From positions 631,952 to 695,951 of the forward strand of contig CALSUF010000002.1 of assembly GCA_943789465.1 (NCBI GenBank): DNA of 64,000 bases, written 5' to 3'. The notes under the pieces were generated by a model. That model saw only the letters and a list, made by a program, of their open reading frames with translations. It did no database searches and was not told the DNA's origin. Positions 1 to 9,304 of the stretch are shown here, one piece after another (position 1 is the stretch's first letter; each line of letters opens with the position of its first letter). The stretch comes from an uncultured Flavobacteriaceae bacterium (lineage in GTDB: Bacteria > Bacteroidota > Bacteroidia > Flavobacteriales > Flavobacteriaceae). The position numbers and the translations under genes are program-made.

Positions 1-2534
1 TTTGCACCTCCTAAGTACATCGCTCCTCCATCACTAGATGTTGCGGTATTATTTACAAAAGTACTGTTGTTCAAAACGAAATCTACACCATTGCCTGTTA
101 CAGCAATTGCACCACCTCTAGTTCCAGAGTTTCCGTTAAAAAGAGATCCAGAGATGGTTACAATTGCAGAATTTCCAGCGACAATAGCCCCTCCTTTATC
201 TGATGATATATTGTTTTCAAAAACACAATCTGTTATGGTTAAATTTCCGTTGGAGACTAATATAACTCCACCACCTGCATTGTTAGTGACAGAGTTTCCA
301 GTAAAGGTACAGTTCTCAAAGGTAGCTGAAGCTCCTGCGTTGTTATTGAAAAAGACACCACCTCCAGCAAGTGTGGTAGTATTGTTTAGAAATGTAAGAT
401 TCTTAAAGGTTACATCTGCAGACGATGCTCCATTAATTGTAAAGAGTCTTCCAGTACTATCGTTTCCAGATAAAGTTGAGCTAGCATCAAGACCTTCTAT
501 CATAAATGAAAAATTCTTAGAATTTAGAGATACTCCTTCTGGTGAAATGGTTCCTACAATAATAAGTTTATCTCCATTAGAAGTGATCTGGTTCATCGCA
601 TTCCCAAAGTTGCCATATGCATTTGATTCACTTGTGCCATCCATATTACCTGCACCTGTTGCAGAAACATAAACGATGTTTTGTGTTTCAATCTGATAAT
701 CCTCTGATTGAACTGTATTAGACGCTGGTGAGATCCCTATTGTATTTGCTGCTTTTAATCTGTAAAAATAGTTTTCTTGTTGCAAATCAGTATCGGTATA
801 CGTTTCTGTATTTTCAGCAAGTGTAGCAATCGTCTGAAAGTTAACACCATCTGATGAGCGTTCTAGAATATAGTTATCTTCTTCTATAGATACATCATGC
901 CAAGTAAGTTCTAAATACTTTTCTGTAGCTGTATATACAAAATCATTTGGAAACAACTTTCCTGGAGTATCTGGCAACACGCCATGTGTCGTTCTATCTT
1001 CAAATTGAGCAGCATATAAAGATTGTATGGATAAATTTTCACCTGTTCCTTCAATATAGCCTACTGGATGACTAAAAGGACCGTCTCCATTAACAGTCGC
1101 GTTACAACCAATAGCATAATTTTGACCAATAGGTGGTTTTTGAATTGCGATTTGATTTGAGGGGGCATTGATATTCCAAGCCACGCCGTTGGTTACAGTC
1201 CAACCATGACCTGTTCCATAACTCCCTCTATTGTGCAAGCCTAAAATACCAGTCGCATTGGTATTGGTCCAAGTAATATTATCCCAAAGTATCCCTTGTC
1301 CCCAACGTCTATGCGACTCCGATCGGGTGTAATCTCCAGAAGAGGAGCAATTGGTAAACACAATTCCATTCACATCACTGGCTCCATTCGCAACAAATGT
1401 ATGCCTGCCGTTAGATGCTACACAGTTTTCAAAAAGAATATTATTACAATGGTCAGTTACTTCGAAATTGTATCTCCAACCTCCAGAAATAGGACCATGC
1501 ATGTCTAGGACATTGGTATCAATTACAGAACAACGTGTGGCTTCATCAAATTTAACGCCTTGGTCACTCACTCTTAAAATAGTGACGCCTTTTACCCAAG
1601 AATTATCGACACCAATCATATTAATACCTACTTTGACATGATCTCTACCTGTAACTCCAGAAGATTCTACAAATACCCTAAGGTTTTCTATACCACATTC
1701 TTTTAATTGACTGTTACCATTGTAAGTATATACGTAGGATTGAGATAAAGACCGGTCTAATATGTCATAAATAGGCGTTGCCACCTGAATTTTGTTACCT
1801 TCAATGCTTGTAATATGTCTATTGAAAACTAAATTTATTGTATTGGGTTCCCACGGAGCGTCCGTGGCTACACCTCCATTATCTACTGCTGCTATCCATG
1901 CTGCTGTGCTGGGGTGTTTAATGATGATATTATCACCAACATTATAAACGGATGCATCTGCAACTTCAATCGTTCTGCTTCCAGTTGGTATGTATGGGCT
2001 TATTATATCTTGCCGAGTTCCTGCAACTTGGCCTCCGAAACCACTTTTGTTATTCGTGCCAATTCTAATTAATGTTCTTTCGTCTGGAATGTTCCCTGCT
2101 CCTATAATAATTGTATTTGATGTGGCATCTTCACCATCGCCAGAACCGCGAAGTACAACGCCACTACTGTTTATAATGAGTTCACCACTAACAGAATATT
2201 CTCCTGGCAATAATAGCAAGGTGCCTCTATGACCATTTGCGTTTAGTGGTAATGCTTCCACATCGTCAATTGCAGCTTGGATATGTGCTGTATTATCTCC
2301 AGCTATAGGACTTATTTCTAGTACAACCGCTACATCTGGCAATGCTTCTTCGCCATTTTTATACCCTACATAACTGTAATCAGGGATATGGTTTCCATCA
2401 GTATCAGAGACATACACCAATTGATCCGAGGTATTGTGGAAAAGGATAGATGATTCGTATTGTGCCTGTATGGAATTTGATACGAAAATTAGAAAACAAA
2501 CTGTAGTCATCTTCAAATAAGCACTTTTTTTCAT
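1..2534 (-). CDS. Secreted right-handed beta-helix protein: pectate-lyase-fold N-terminal domain, FN3-like module and PbH1-type beta-helix repeats. The C-terminus lies beyond the window start (partial).
   Basis: Continuous minus-strand frame from the window edge up to an ATG (complement of cat at about 2532-2534). It is absent from the ORF track because there is no stop in the window. The N-terminus reads MKKSAYLKMTTVCFLIFVSNSIQAQ (Sec signal, AQ cleavage motif). Beta-helix motifs GRDHVKVG and NCVASNGRHTFVANGASD are present. The distal half carries repeats (NNTATSSDGGAMYLGG, GGGVILVSNGNLTITDC) that are paralogous to the beta-helix module of the next gene. The listed 67..672 and 1296..1641 plus-strand ORFs are antisense shadows. 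Confidence 0.55.
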   Translation of the reverse strand, partial: MKKSAYLKMTTVCFLIFVSNSIQAQYESSILFHNTSDQLVYVSDTDGNHIPDYSYVGYKNGEEALPDVAVVLEISPIAGDNTAHIQAAIDDVEALPLNANGHRGTLLLLPGEYSVSGELIINSSGVVLRGSGDGEDATSNTIIIGAGNIPDERTLIRIGTNNKSGFGGQVAGTRQDIISPYIPTGSRTIEVADASVYNVGDNIIIKHPSTAAWIAAVDNGGVATDAPWEPNTINLVFNRHITSIEGNKIQVATPIYDILDRSLSQSYVYTYNGNSQLKECGIENLRVFVESSGVTGRDHVKVGINMIGVDNSWVKGVTILRVSDQGVKFDEATRCSVIDTNVLDMHGPISGGWRYNFEVTDHCNNILFENCVASNGRHTFVANGASDVNGIVFTNCSSSGDYTRSESHRRWGQGILWDNITWTNTNATGILGLHNRGSYGTGHGWTVTNGVAWNINAPSNQIAIQKPPIGQNYAIGCNATVNGDGPFSHPVGYIEGTGENLSIQSLYAAQFEDRTTHGVLPDTPGKLFPNDFVYTATEKYLELTWHDVSIEEDNYILERSSDGVNFQTIATLAENTETYTDTDLQQENYFYRLKAANTIGISPASNTVQSEDYQIETQNIVYVSATGAGNMDGTSESNAYGNFGNAMNQITSNGDKLIIVGTISPEGVSLNSKNFSFMIEGLDASSTLSGNDSTGRLFTINGASSADVTFKNLTFLNNTTTLAGGGVFFNNNAGASATFENCTFTGNSVTNNAGGGVILVSNGNLTITDCVFENNISSDKGGAIVAGNSAIVTISGSLFNGNSGTRGGAIAVTGNGVDFVLNNSTFVNNTATSSDGGAMYLGGA

Positions 2535-2886
2535 AATTTATATTTTAATAATTCTTTACAATGAGGTTTACAATAAAATACAAATTAAAAGATATTCATT
2601 AATTTAAAATTAATATTTACTTAATATGAAACGTTATTGAGATAAATCGACTCTAAAACACAATACAGCAGCAACGTACTTAAATGATTTTTTTGAAAGA
2701 TTAAGCGTTGGAATACGCTTCTCATTGAAGCAAAAAATAATTACATTAGATGTCGTGAGATTTAAAGAGGACGTGAATGTTTATTGAATAAACAGACTCT
2801 TGTTCTATAGCGTTAGGCGAATCGCTGTTCTCTGGCTTTACATCAACAGTTCCATTTAAATTCGCTGATATTACCGTTATAACTGC

Positions 2887-2915
2887 AACAGCCTATAAAG
2901 TTAGTATAGGCTGTT
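2887..2915 (-). terminator. Hairpin downstream of the 2990..7528 gene (11-bp perfect stem aacagcctata / tataggctgtt, 7-nt loop), without a clear U-tract
   Basis: Perfect inverted repeat about 75 bp past the stop codon of the minus-strand gene. No T-run follows, hence low confidence. Confidence 0.25.
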
Positions 2916-2989
2916 ACGGATATAAAAATAGACTTCATCTTCTGTAAAAGTGACGATTAAAAAAACTAAAATAAGAGTGTTTTTCTCAT

Positions 2990-5900
2990 TTAGTATTTAA
3001 CAAACCTCTTCGTCGACGATTTAACACCATCTGAAACCTCAATTAGATAAATCCCTACAGACAAAGAGCTTACGTCAATGGCATGTGTGTTATTGGCTTT
3101 TAAAATAATTTGCCCCAATCTATTGTATACTTTTAAATAATAATTATTTAAACCTTTAATATATAACTTATCAGACGTAGGGTTTGGATACATAATAAAC
3201 TTCAGGGTTTCATTGTCTCCATCAATAGAAGATAAACTAGAGTCTTCCACAATAACTGTTCTTGTTACTTCTGTAGCAGCATTGCCTGAAGCATCACTTA
3301 CATTATAAGTAACAGTATAAGAACCAACAGTCTGAGTATCTACTGTACTAACATCAGTCACGATACTCGCGGTTAATGTTGTATCATCATCATAGTTATC
3401 GGTAGCTGTAGCACCACCATCAACGTATGCAGTTCCAACCTCCACTGTTACTGAGGGTTCGCCCTCTAAAGTAATGACTGGAATTGTAGTATCTACGACA
3501 TTGACCGTACGTGTTACTTCTGTAGCAGCATTGCCTGAAGCATCACTTACGTTATAAGAAACAGTATAAGAACCAACAGTCTGAGTATCTACTGTACTAA
3601 CATCAGTCACGATACTCGCGGTTAATGTTGTATCATCATCATAGTTATCAGTAGCTGTAGCACCACCATCTACGTAGGTCGTTCCAACTTCAATAGTTAC
3701 GATGGCTGTTCCTGTTAAAGTAATGACTGGAATTGTTGTGTCTACGACATTGACCGTACGTGTTACTTCTGTAGCAGCATTGCCTGAAGCATCACTTACG
3801 TTATAAGAAACAGTATAAGAACCAACAGTCTGAGTATCTACTGTACTAACATCAGTCACGATACTCGCGGTTAATGTTGTATCATCATCATAGTTATCAG
3901 TAGCTGTAGCACCACCATCTACGTATGCAGTTCCAACTTCAATAGTTACGATGGCTGTTCCTGTTAAAGTAATGACTGGAATTGTTGTGTCTACGACATT
4001 AACTGTTCTTGTTACTTCTGTAGCAGCATTGCCTGAAGCATCACTTACGTTATAAGAAACAGTATAAGAACCAACAGTCTGAGTATCTACTGTACTAACA
4101 TCAGTCACGATACTCGCGGTTAATGTTGTATCATCATCATAGTTATCAGTAGCTGTAGCACCACCATCTACGTATGCAGTTCCAACTTCAATAGTTACGA
4201 TGGCTGTTCCTGTTAAAGTGATGACTGGAATTGTTGTGTCTACGACATTAACTGTTCTTGTTACTTCTGTAGCAGCATTGCCTGAAGCATCACTTACGTT
4301 ATAAGAAACAGTATAAGAACCAACAGTCTGAGTATCTACTGTACTAACATCAGTCACGATACTCGCGGTTAATGTTGTATCATCATCATAGTTATCAGTA
4401 GCTGTAGCACCACCATCTACGTATGCAGTTCCAACTTCAATAGTTACGATGGCTGTTCCTGTTAAAGTGATGACTGGAATTGTTGTGTCTACGACATTAA
4501 CTGTTCTTGTCACTTCTGTAGCAGCATTGCCTGAAGCATCACTTACATTATAAGTAACAGTATAAGAACCAACAGTCTGAGTATCTAATGTACTAACATC
4601 AGTCACGATACTCGCGGTTAATGTTGTATCATCATCATAGTTATCAGTAGCTGTAGCACCACCATCTACGTATGCAGTTCCAACTTCAATAGTTACGATG
4701 GCTGTTCCTGTTAAAGTGATGACTGGAATTGTTGTGTCTACGACATTAACTGTTCTTGTCACTTCAACGGCTGCATTGCCTGAAGCATCCGAAACATTGT
4801 AAGTCACGTTGTAGCTTGCAACGATAGTAGTATCTACTGTACTAACATCAGTCACGATACTCGCGGTTAATGCGGTGTCATCATCATAGTTATCGGTAGC
4901 TGTAGCACCGCCATCTACGTATGCAGTTCCAACTTCAATAGTTACGATGGCTGTTCCTGTTAAAGTAATGACTGGAATTGTTGTGTCTACGACATTGACC
5001 GTACGTGTTACTTCTGTAGCAGCATTGCCTGAAGCATCCGAAACATTGTAAGTCACGGTGTAGCTTGCAACGATAGTAGTATCTACAGTATTTACAGTAA
5101 TTATATTGCTAGTAATATCCCCATCAATATTATCACTCGCAGTTGCTCCTGCATCTGTATATGAAGTTCCAACCTCAACTGTTACTGAAGGTTCGCCTTC
5201 TAGAGTAATGACCGGGATTATTGTGTCTGAAAAATTAAGCCCAGAATTCCAAGAACCTGCATCCTCGCCATCCGAACCAAAATCAATTGGACTTTCTGTT
5301 CCTACAGCAACGGCATCATATATTACGTTCCCTGTTGTTGAATCAAAACTTAGATTGGAAGCTGTTAAATCCGCAGCGACTATTGAAGTTGCAAAAGAAT
5401 CGTCTGCAGCAAGGTTTGGTGTAATTTTTTTAGTTAACGAATTAATTAAATTTAATTCAACATTAGCAATAACTCCTAAATCGGAGGGTACATCAGTTGT
5501 ACCATTGGTTACAAAATTTCCATAAATTAAAGAGTTTTGGATTGTAAAAGGTCTTGTCCCTTCTATTTTAACACCCCCTCCTTTGGATGGGTCCTGTGTG
5601 TTATTAACTTGATTATTAAAGATGGTAGTATTTGTAATACTACTTAGGTTGTTATTACCGGCTAAGTATAGTGCTCCGCCATCAATACCCGTTGCTGTAT
5701 TATTTACAAAAGTAGATCCTGTAACAATTAATTGTCTTCCAACAGATGTTACAGCGACTGCACCACCTCTATTGGCGCTATTTCCATCAAATAATGAATT
5801 GGTAATTGTTATAACTCCAGTACCCCCTGCTAAAATAGTACCACCATTAACAGTCGAAGTATTATTTTTTAAAATACAACCCGTTAATGTTAAATCTGAG

Positions 5901-7528
5901 TTTTGAGTAATCGTAATAACAGCACCTGGGTTTGTAGTAGTCGCATCTTGAAATGTAATATTTGTGAATGAAATTGTTTTGCCTGCGGTATTTATAACAT
6001 ACATTCTAGCACTCGCACCTGTAATCGTTGCATCAGATTGCCCAACAAAAGAAATCGATTTTCCTATTCCAACTTGACCTGTTTGGTTGATAGCTCCTAC
6101 GATAGTAATGATATCCCCATCTGAAGCAGCTACAACAGCATTGTTTACAGTTGTAAAAGCATTCTCTTCAGTCAAACCGCCATTGTTGTTTCCTCCAACT
6201 TTAACAAAATAAGTGTTTTGAGCAAAAGTGTCTACGACATTAACTGTTCTTGTCACTTCAACGGCTGCATTGCTAGAAGAATCCGAAACATTGTAAGTCA
6301 CGGTGTAGCTTGCAACAACATCTGTATCTACAGTATTTACTGTAATTATATTGTTAGTAATATCGCCATCAATATTATCACTCGCAGTTGCTCCTGCATC
6401 TGTATAAGATGTTCCAACCTCCACTGTTACTGAGGGTTCGCCTTCTAGAGTAATGACTGGGATTATTGTGTCTGAAAAATTAAGCCCAGAATTCCAAGAA
6501 CCTGCATCCTCGCCATCCGAACCAAAATCAATTGGACTTTCTGTTCCTACAGCAACGGCATCATATATTACGTTCCCTGTTGTTGAATCAAAACTTAGAT
6601 TGGAAGCTGTTAAATCCGCAGCGACTATTGAAGTTGCAAAAGAATCGTCTGCAGCAAGGTTTGGTGTAATTTTTTTAGTTAACGAATTAATTAAATTTAA
6701 TTCAACATTAGCAATAACTCCTAAATCGGAGGGTACATCAGTTGTACCATTGGTTACAAAATTTCCATAAATTAAAGAGTTTTGGATTGTAAAAGGTCTT
6801 GTCCCTTCTATTTTAACACCCCCTCCTTTGGATGGGTCCTGTGTGTTATTAACTTGATTATTAAAGATGGTAGTATTTGTAATACTACTTAGGTTGTTAT
6901 TACCGGCTAAGTATAGTGCTCCACCATCAATACCCGTTGCCGTATTATTTACAAAAGTAGATCCTGTAACAATTAATTGTCTTCCAACAGATGTTACAGC
7001 GACTGCACCACCTCTATTGGCGCTATTTCCATCAAATAATGAATTGGTAATTGTTATAACTCCAGTACCCCCTGCTAAAATAGTACCACCATTAACAGTC
7101 GAAGTATTATTTTTTAAAATACAACCCGTTAATGTTAAATCTGAGTTTTGAGTAATCGTAATAACAGCACCTGGGTTTGTAGTAGTCGCATCTTGAAATG
7201 TAATATTTGTGAATGAAATTGTTTTGCCTGCGGTATTTATAACATACATTCTAGCACTCGCACCTGTAATCGTTGCATTAGATTGCCCAACAAAAGAAAT
7301 CGATTTTCCTATTCCAACTTGACCTGTTTGATTGATAGCTCCTACGATAGTAATGATATCCCCATCTGAAGCAGCTACAACAGCATTGTTTACAGTTGTA
7401 AAAGCATTCTCTTCAGTCAAACCGCCATTGTTGTTTCCTCCAACTTTAACGAAATAAATGTTTTGAGCTAATAAATTTAAACTAAAGAAAATAGTTAGCA
7501 ATAGTGTGGTTAGTGTAGTTTTATTCAT
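2990..7528 (-). CDS. Giant T9SS-secreted surface/adhesin-like protein (1512 aa): duplicated beta-helix (PbH1-like) module, 9 DUF5011/Ig-like domains and a Por (T9SS type A) C-terminal sorting domain
   Basis: ORF track. Signal peptide MNKTTLTTLLLTIFFSLNLLAQ. Repeated motifs GGALYLAGNNN and GGGVKIEG are typical of parallel beta-helix repeats. The 83-aa unit PVITLTGTAIVTIEVGTAYVDGGATATDNYDDD...SYTVSYNVSDASGNAATEVTRTVNVVD matches the DUF5011 pattern (P.I.L.G...v..G..Y.D.GA.A.D..D.D......YTVTY.V.D.AGN.A....R.V.V). The C-terminal about 80 aa (KLYIKGLNNYYLKVYNRLGQ...GIYLIEVSDGVKSSTKRFVKY) is a Por secretion tail. Confidence 0.85.
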   Translation of the reverse strand: MNKTTLTTLLLTIFFSLNLLAQNIYFVKVGGNNNGGLTEENAFTTVNNAVVAASDGDIITIVGAINQTGQVGIGKSISFVGQSNATITGASARMYVINTAGKTISFTNITFQDATTTNPGAVITITQNSDLTLTGCILKNNTSTVNGGTILAGGTGVITITNSLFDGNSANRGGAVAVTSVGRQLIVTGSTFVNNTATGIDGGALYLAGNNNLSSITNTTIFNNQVNNTQDPSKGGGVKIEGTRPFTIQNSLIYGNFVTNGTTDVPSDLGVIANVELNLINSLTKKITPNLAADDSFATSIVAADLTASNLSFDSTTGNVIYDAVAVGTESPIDFGSDGEDAGSWNSGLNFSDTIIPVITLEGEPSVTVEVGTSYTDAGATASDNIDGDITNNIITVNTVDTDVVASYTVTYNVSDSSSNAAVEVTRTVNVVDTFAQNTYFVKVGGNNNGGLTEENAFTTVNNAVVAASDGDIITIVGAINQTGQVGIGKSISFVGQSDATITGASARMYVINTAGKTISFTNITFQDATTTNPGAVITITQNSDLTLTGCILKNNTSTVNGGTILAGGTGVITITNSLFDGNSANRGGAVAVTSVGRQLIVTGSTFVNNTATGIDGGALYLAGNNNLSSITNTTIFNNQVNNTQDPSKGGGVKIEGTRPFTIQNSLIYGNFVTNGTTDVPSDLGVIANVELNLINSLTKKITPNLAADDSFATSIVAADLTASNLSFDSTTGNVIYDAVAVGTESPIDFGSDGEDAGSWNSGLNFSDTIIPVITLEGEPSVTVEVGTSYTDAGATASDNIDGDITSNIITVNTVDTTIVASYTVTYNVSDASGNAATEVTRTVNVVDTTIPVITLTGTAIVTIEVGTAYVDGGATATDNYDDDTALTASIVTDVSTVDTTIVASYNVTYNVSDASGNAAVEVTRTVNVVDTTIPVITLTGTAIVTIEVGTAYVDGGATATDNYDDDTTLTASIVTDVSTLDTQTVGSYTVTYNVSDASGNAATEVTRTVNVVDTTIPVITLTGTAIVTIEVGTAYVDGGATATDNYDDDTTLTASIVTDVSTVDTQTVGSYTVSYNVSDASGNAATEVTRTVNVVDTTIPVITLTGTAIVTIEVGTAYVDGGATATDNYDDDTTLTASIVTDVSTVDTQTVGSYTVSYNVSDASGNAATEVTRTVNVVDTTIPVITLTGTAIVTIEVGTAYVDGGATATDNYDDDTTLTASIVTDVSTVDTQTVGSYTVSYNVSDASGNAATEVTRTVNVVDTTIPVITLTGTAIVTIEVGTTYVDGGATATDNYDDDTTLTASIVTDVSTVDTQTVGSYTVSYNVSDASGNAATEVTRTVNVVDTTIPVITLEGEPSVTVEVGTAYVDGGATATDNYDDDTTLTASIVTDVSTVDTQTVGSYTVTYNVSDASGNAATEVTRTVIVEDSSLSSIDGDNETLKFIMYPNPTSDKLYIKGLNNYYLKVYNRLGQIILKANNTHAIDVSSLSVGIYLIEVSDGVKSSTKRFVKY
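3242..4984. repeat. Tandem array of 7 near-identical 249-bp units, each encoding one 83-aa DUF5011-like domain, inside the 2990..7528 gene
   Basis: 249-bp periodicity is visible directly in the DNA (for example ...catcacttacgttataagaaacagtataagaaccaacagtctgagtatctactgtactaacatcagtcacgatactcgcggttaatgttgtatcatcatcatagttatcagtagctgtagcaccaccatctacgta... recurs). The encoded repeats differ by only 0-3 residues. Confidence 0.8.
4979..7468. repeat. Direct duplication of 2 x 1245 bp (415-aa beta-helix + DUF5011 block) inside the 2990..7528 gene
   Basis: Protein residues about 21-435 and 436-850 are near-identical. The antisense shadow ORFs 5106..5525 / 6453..6770 and 5622..5906 / 6867..7151 are identical at an offset of exactly 1245 bp. 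Confidence 0.8.
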
Positions 7529-8033
7529 AATTGGTTAATTTTGAAGATTGTAGTTTTATTTATTATAATTTCTATCAATTATACATTATTACTATTAATT
7601 TAATATTAATTATTGATTAACAAGGTGAGTTGACTTATACAAGAGTTCACTTTTAACCGATTTATAAAATAGTGGTAGTGATACATCCTAAAGAGTGAAA
7701 ATGGGGTTGCAATGCTAAAAGTTTAAATTTTGGATTTTTTTATTTAAAATGTAAGCTAAGTGTTATTGCATATCCCGAGTAGTGTTTTTAAAATTAGATT
7801 TTTTGGAATAACTACACTAAAAATGATTGAAGAATATTAAAATCTATTTAAGACCTATGTAGAGAATTTAAACAACTAAATATATTAATGTACAAAAACA
7901 ATAACGGTTTAGTAGCTAAGGTTGAAGTAACTAAAAAAGGGTTCTTTAAACGAAAAAAAGTGTGTAAAATCCACTAATATTATACAAACTTTTGAAGGAG
8001 ATTCATCTCAGATTATTCAATTCTTTTAAATCT

Positions 8034-8073
8034 TCCTCAAAATAGTTCGATTTTACTCCTCTTGACTCCACGG
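8034..8073 (+). repeat. Dispersed intergenic box, copy A (TCCTCAAAATAGTTCGATTTTACTCCTCTTGACTCCACGG), followed by the AT hairpin cctaaaataaa-t-tttattttagg (8082..8105)
   Basis: One of six same-orientation copies of a conserved ~40-nt motif in this window (consensus TCCTCAnCAAAATAGTTCGACTTCACTCCCyTTrGCTCCAC). Confidence 0.6.
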
Positions 8074-8298
8074 CATTATTCCCTAAAATAAATTTTATTT
8101 TAGGAAATATTTTTTAATTAAATTAATTTAAAATTCGGTAAATGATACGATATCTTAAAAATCTAATATTAAATAAAATTATACAAGTCGTAGCTCGAAT
8201 GACTTTTAATTCGAATAAAATTCCACTAAATTTGTAAGAATAAACATAATGGATATAAAGACAATTGTGTTTATCCATTCGTTCTCATCAATTAAAAA

Positions 8299-8910
8299 AT
8301 GAAAATAAGTCATGTAATATACAAGGTTGATAATTTAAAAAATGGATTCAAACACTTTGAAAGCCAGGGATTTGAAATTGAATACGGTTCAAAAAGAAAT
8401 GCACATAATGCCTTGATTTATTTTTCAGAAGGACCCTATATTGAAGTATTAGAAAATGTAAATATTCCACCCTATGCAAAACTATTTTTAAAGCTAATCG
8501 GCAAGCATAAAGTTATTGATAGATTGGAACTATGGAATAAGGAGAAGGAGGGTTTTATTGAATTATGTTTGGAGAATTATGATACCGACTTTAAAAAAGA
8601 AGAGGAAGTTTTAAAAAAGTATAAGCAAGGTTACTTTGTTACGAAGAGCAAAAGATTAGATCCATCAAATAGATTACTAAAATGGAAACTCCTTTTTCCA
8701 GAAGAACGGAGAATCCCATTTCTTATGACTTATTTTAATATTGACCCCAAACCAAAAAAAAATAATCATCCAAATGGCATAAAAAAAATTAAGAGCATTT
8801 CATATGGTACAAATGCAGGGTTCATTCCAATAGTTAACGAATTATGCGATGATAATATTCTTAATTTATTCATTGGTGATGGGGTTTCAAATTTAGAGTA
8901 TGAAAAATAA
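8299..8910 (+). CDS. VOC (glyoxalase/bleomycin-resistance/dioxygenase-like) family protein, tentative
   Basis: ORF track. N-terminus MKISHVIYKVDNLKNGFKHFESQGFEIEYG resembles the VOC beta-alpha-beta-beta-beta N-terminal motif (HV..V.Dl.....FY...LGFE). The assignment is weak. Confidence 0.45.
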   Translation: MKISHVIYKVDNLKNGFKHFESQGFEIEYGSKRNAHNALIYFSEGPYIEVLENVNIPPYAKLFLKLIGKHKVIDRLELWNKEKEGFIELCLENYDTDFKKEEEVLKKYKQGYFVTKSKRLDPSNRLLKWKLLFPEERRIPFLMTYFNIDPKPKKNNHPNGIKKIKSISYGTNAGFIPIVNELCDDNILNLFIGDGVSNLEYEK

Positions 8911-8993
8911 AAACTGATGAGAACAAAACCTATACGCAATACCCTTCGGGATACTGCGCATAGCCAGACCGTTGGATTCAAAATAATTCGAAA

Positions 8994-9036
8994 TCTTTCC
9001 AAAAATAGTTCGACTTCACTCCCCTTAGCTCCACGA
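8994..9036 (+). repeat. Dispersed intergenic box, copy B (TCTTTCCAAAAATAGTTCGACTTCACTCCCCTTAGCTCCACG)
   Basis: Matches the box consensus. It is followed about 35 nt later by a terminator hairpin with the conserved CCAAGCTTGCTTG loop. Confidence 0.6.
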
Positions 9037-9070
9037 TTAAGCGCAGTGCGACTGCGACTTAAAATTCAAA

Positions 9071-9105
9071 AAACTTACCAAGCTTGCTTGTGTAAGTTTT
9101 TTTTT
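9071..9105 (+). terminator. Intrinsic (bidirectional-type) terminator: A-run, stem cttac/gtaag, loop caagcttgcttgt, then T9
   Basis: aaaacttaccaagcttgcttgtgtaagttttttttt lies downstream of the 8299..8910 CDS. The same loop with a different, compensating stem occurs at 41261 and 62621. Confidence 0.6.
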
Positions 9106-9304
9106 AAGAGGGCTGATGTAAAAAAAAGTTGTCAGGACATTTACAAGAAGTGATTAACATGACAAAAAAAAAAGAAAAGAGATGATTTATTGAATTTATA
9201 ATTTTTATCATAACAATAAAAAAATTCAATATTACCCTTATAATTGTAATTGATAAAAAAACAAGCTTAAGCTAAATTATAAATAGTATTGTAATTAAAT
9301 ACCA

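Noticed and set aside
67-1641. Plus-strand ORFs 67..672, 1296..1508, 1351..1641 and 1990..2232
   Set aside because: They lie antisense within a long continuous minus-strand coding frame (beta-helix protein with a clear signal peptide at 2534). Their Pro/Ala/Val-rich translations are typical shadow ORFs of repeat-rich genes.
3242-4984. CRISPR array
   Set aside because: The regular 249-bp repeats are in-frame coding units of a single large ORF (no spacers, no leader, no cas genes).
5106-7151. Duplicated plus-strand ORFs 5106..5525 / 6453..6770 and 5622..5906 / 6867..7151, and ORF 6218..6433
   Set aside because: Antisense shadows of the 2 x 1245-bp duplicated coding block of the 2990..7528 gene. 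Their perfect duplication reflects the DNA repeat, not real genes.
7529-8298. A hidden gene or sRNA in the 770-bp AT-rich region between the divergent adhesin and VOC genes
   Set aside because: No ORF over 40 codons with a plausible start, and no tRNA or rRNA similarity. Apart from box copy A and its hairpin, only weak partial palindromes are present (gtgagttgac...gagttcac), which I could not distinguish from random AT-rich sequence.
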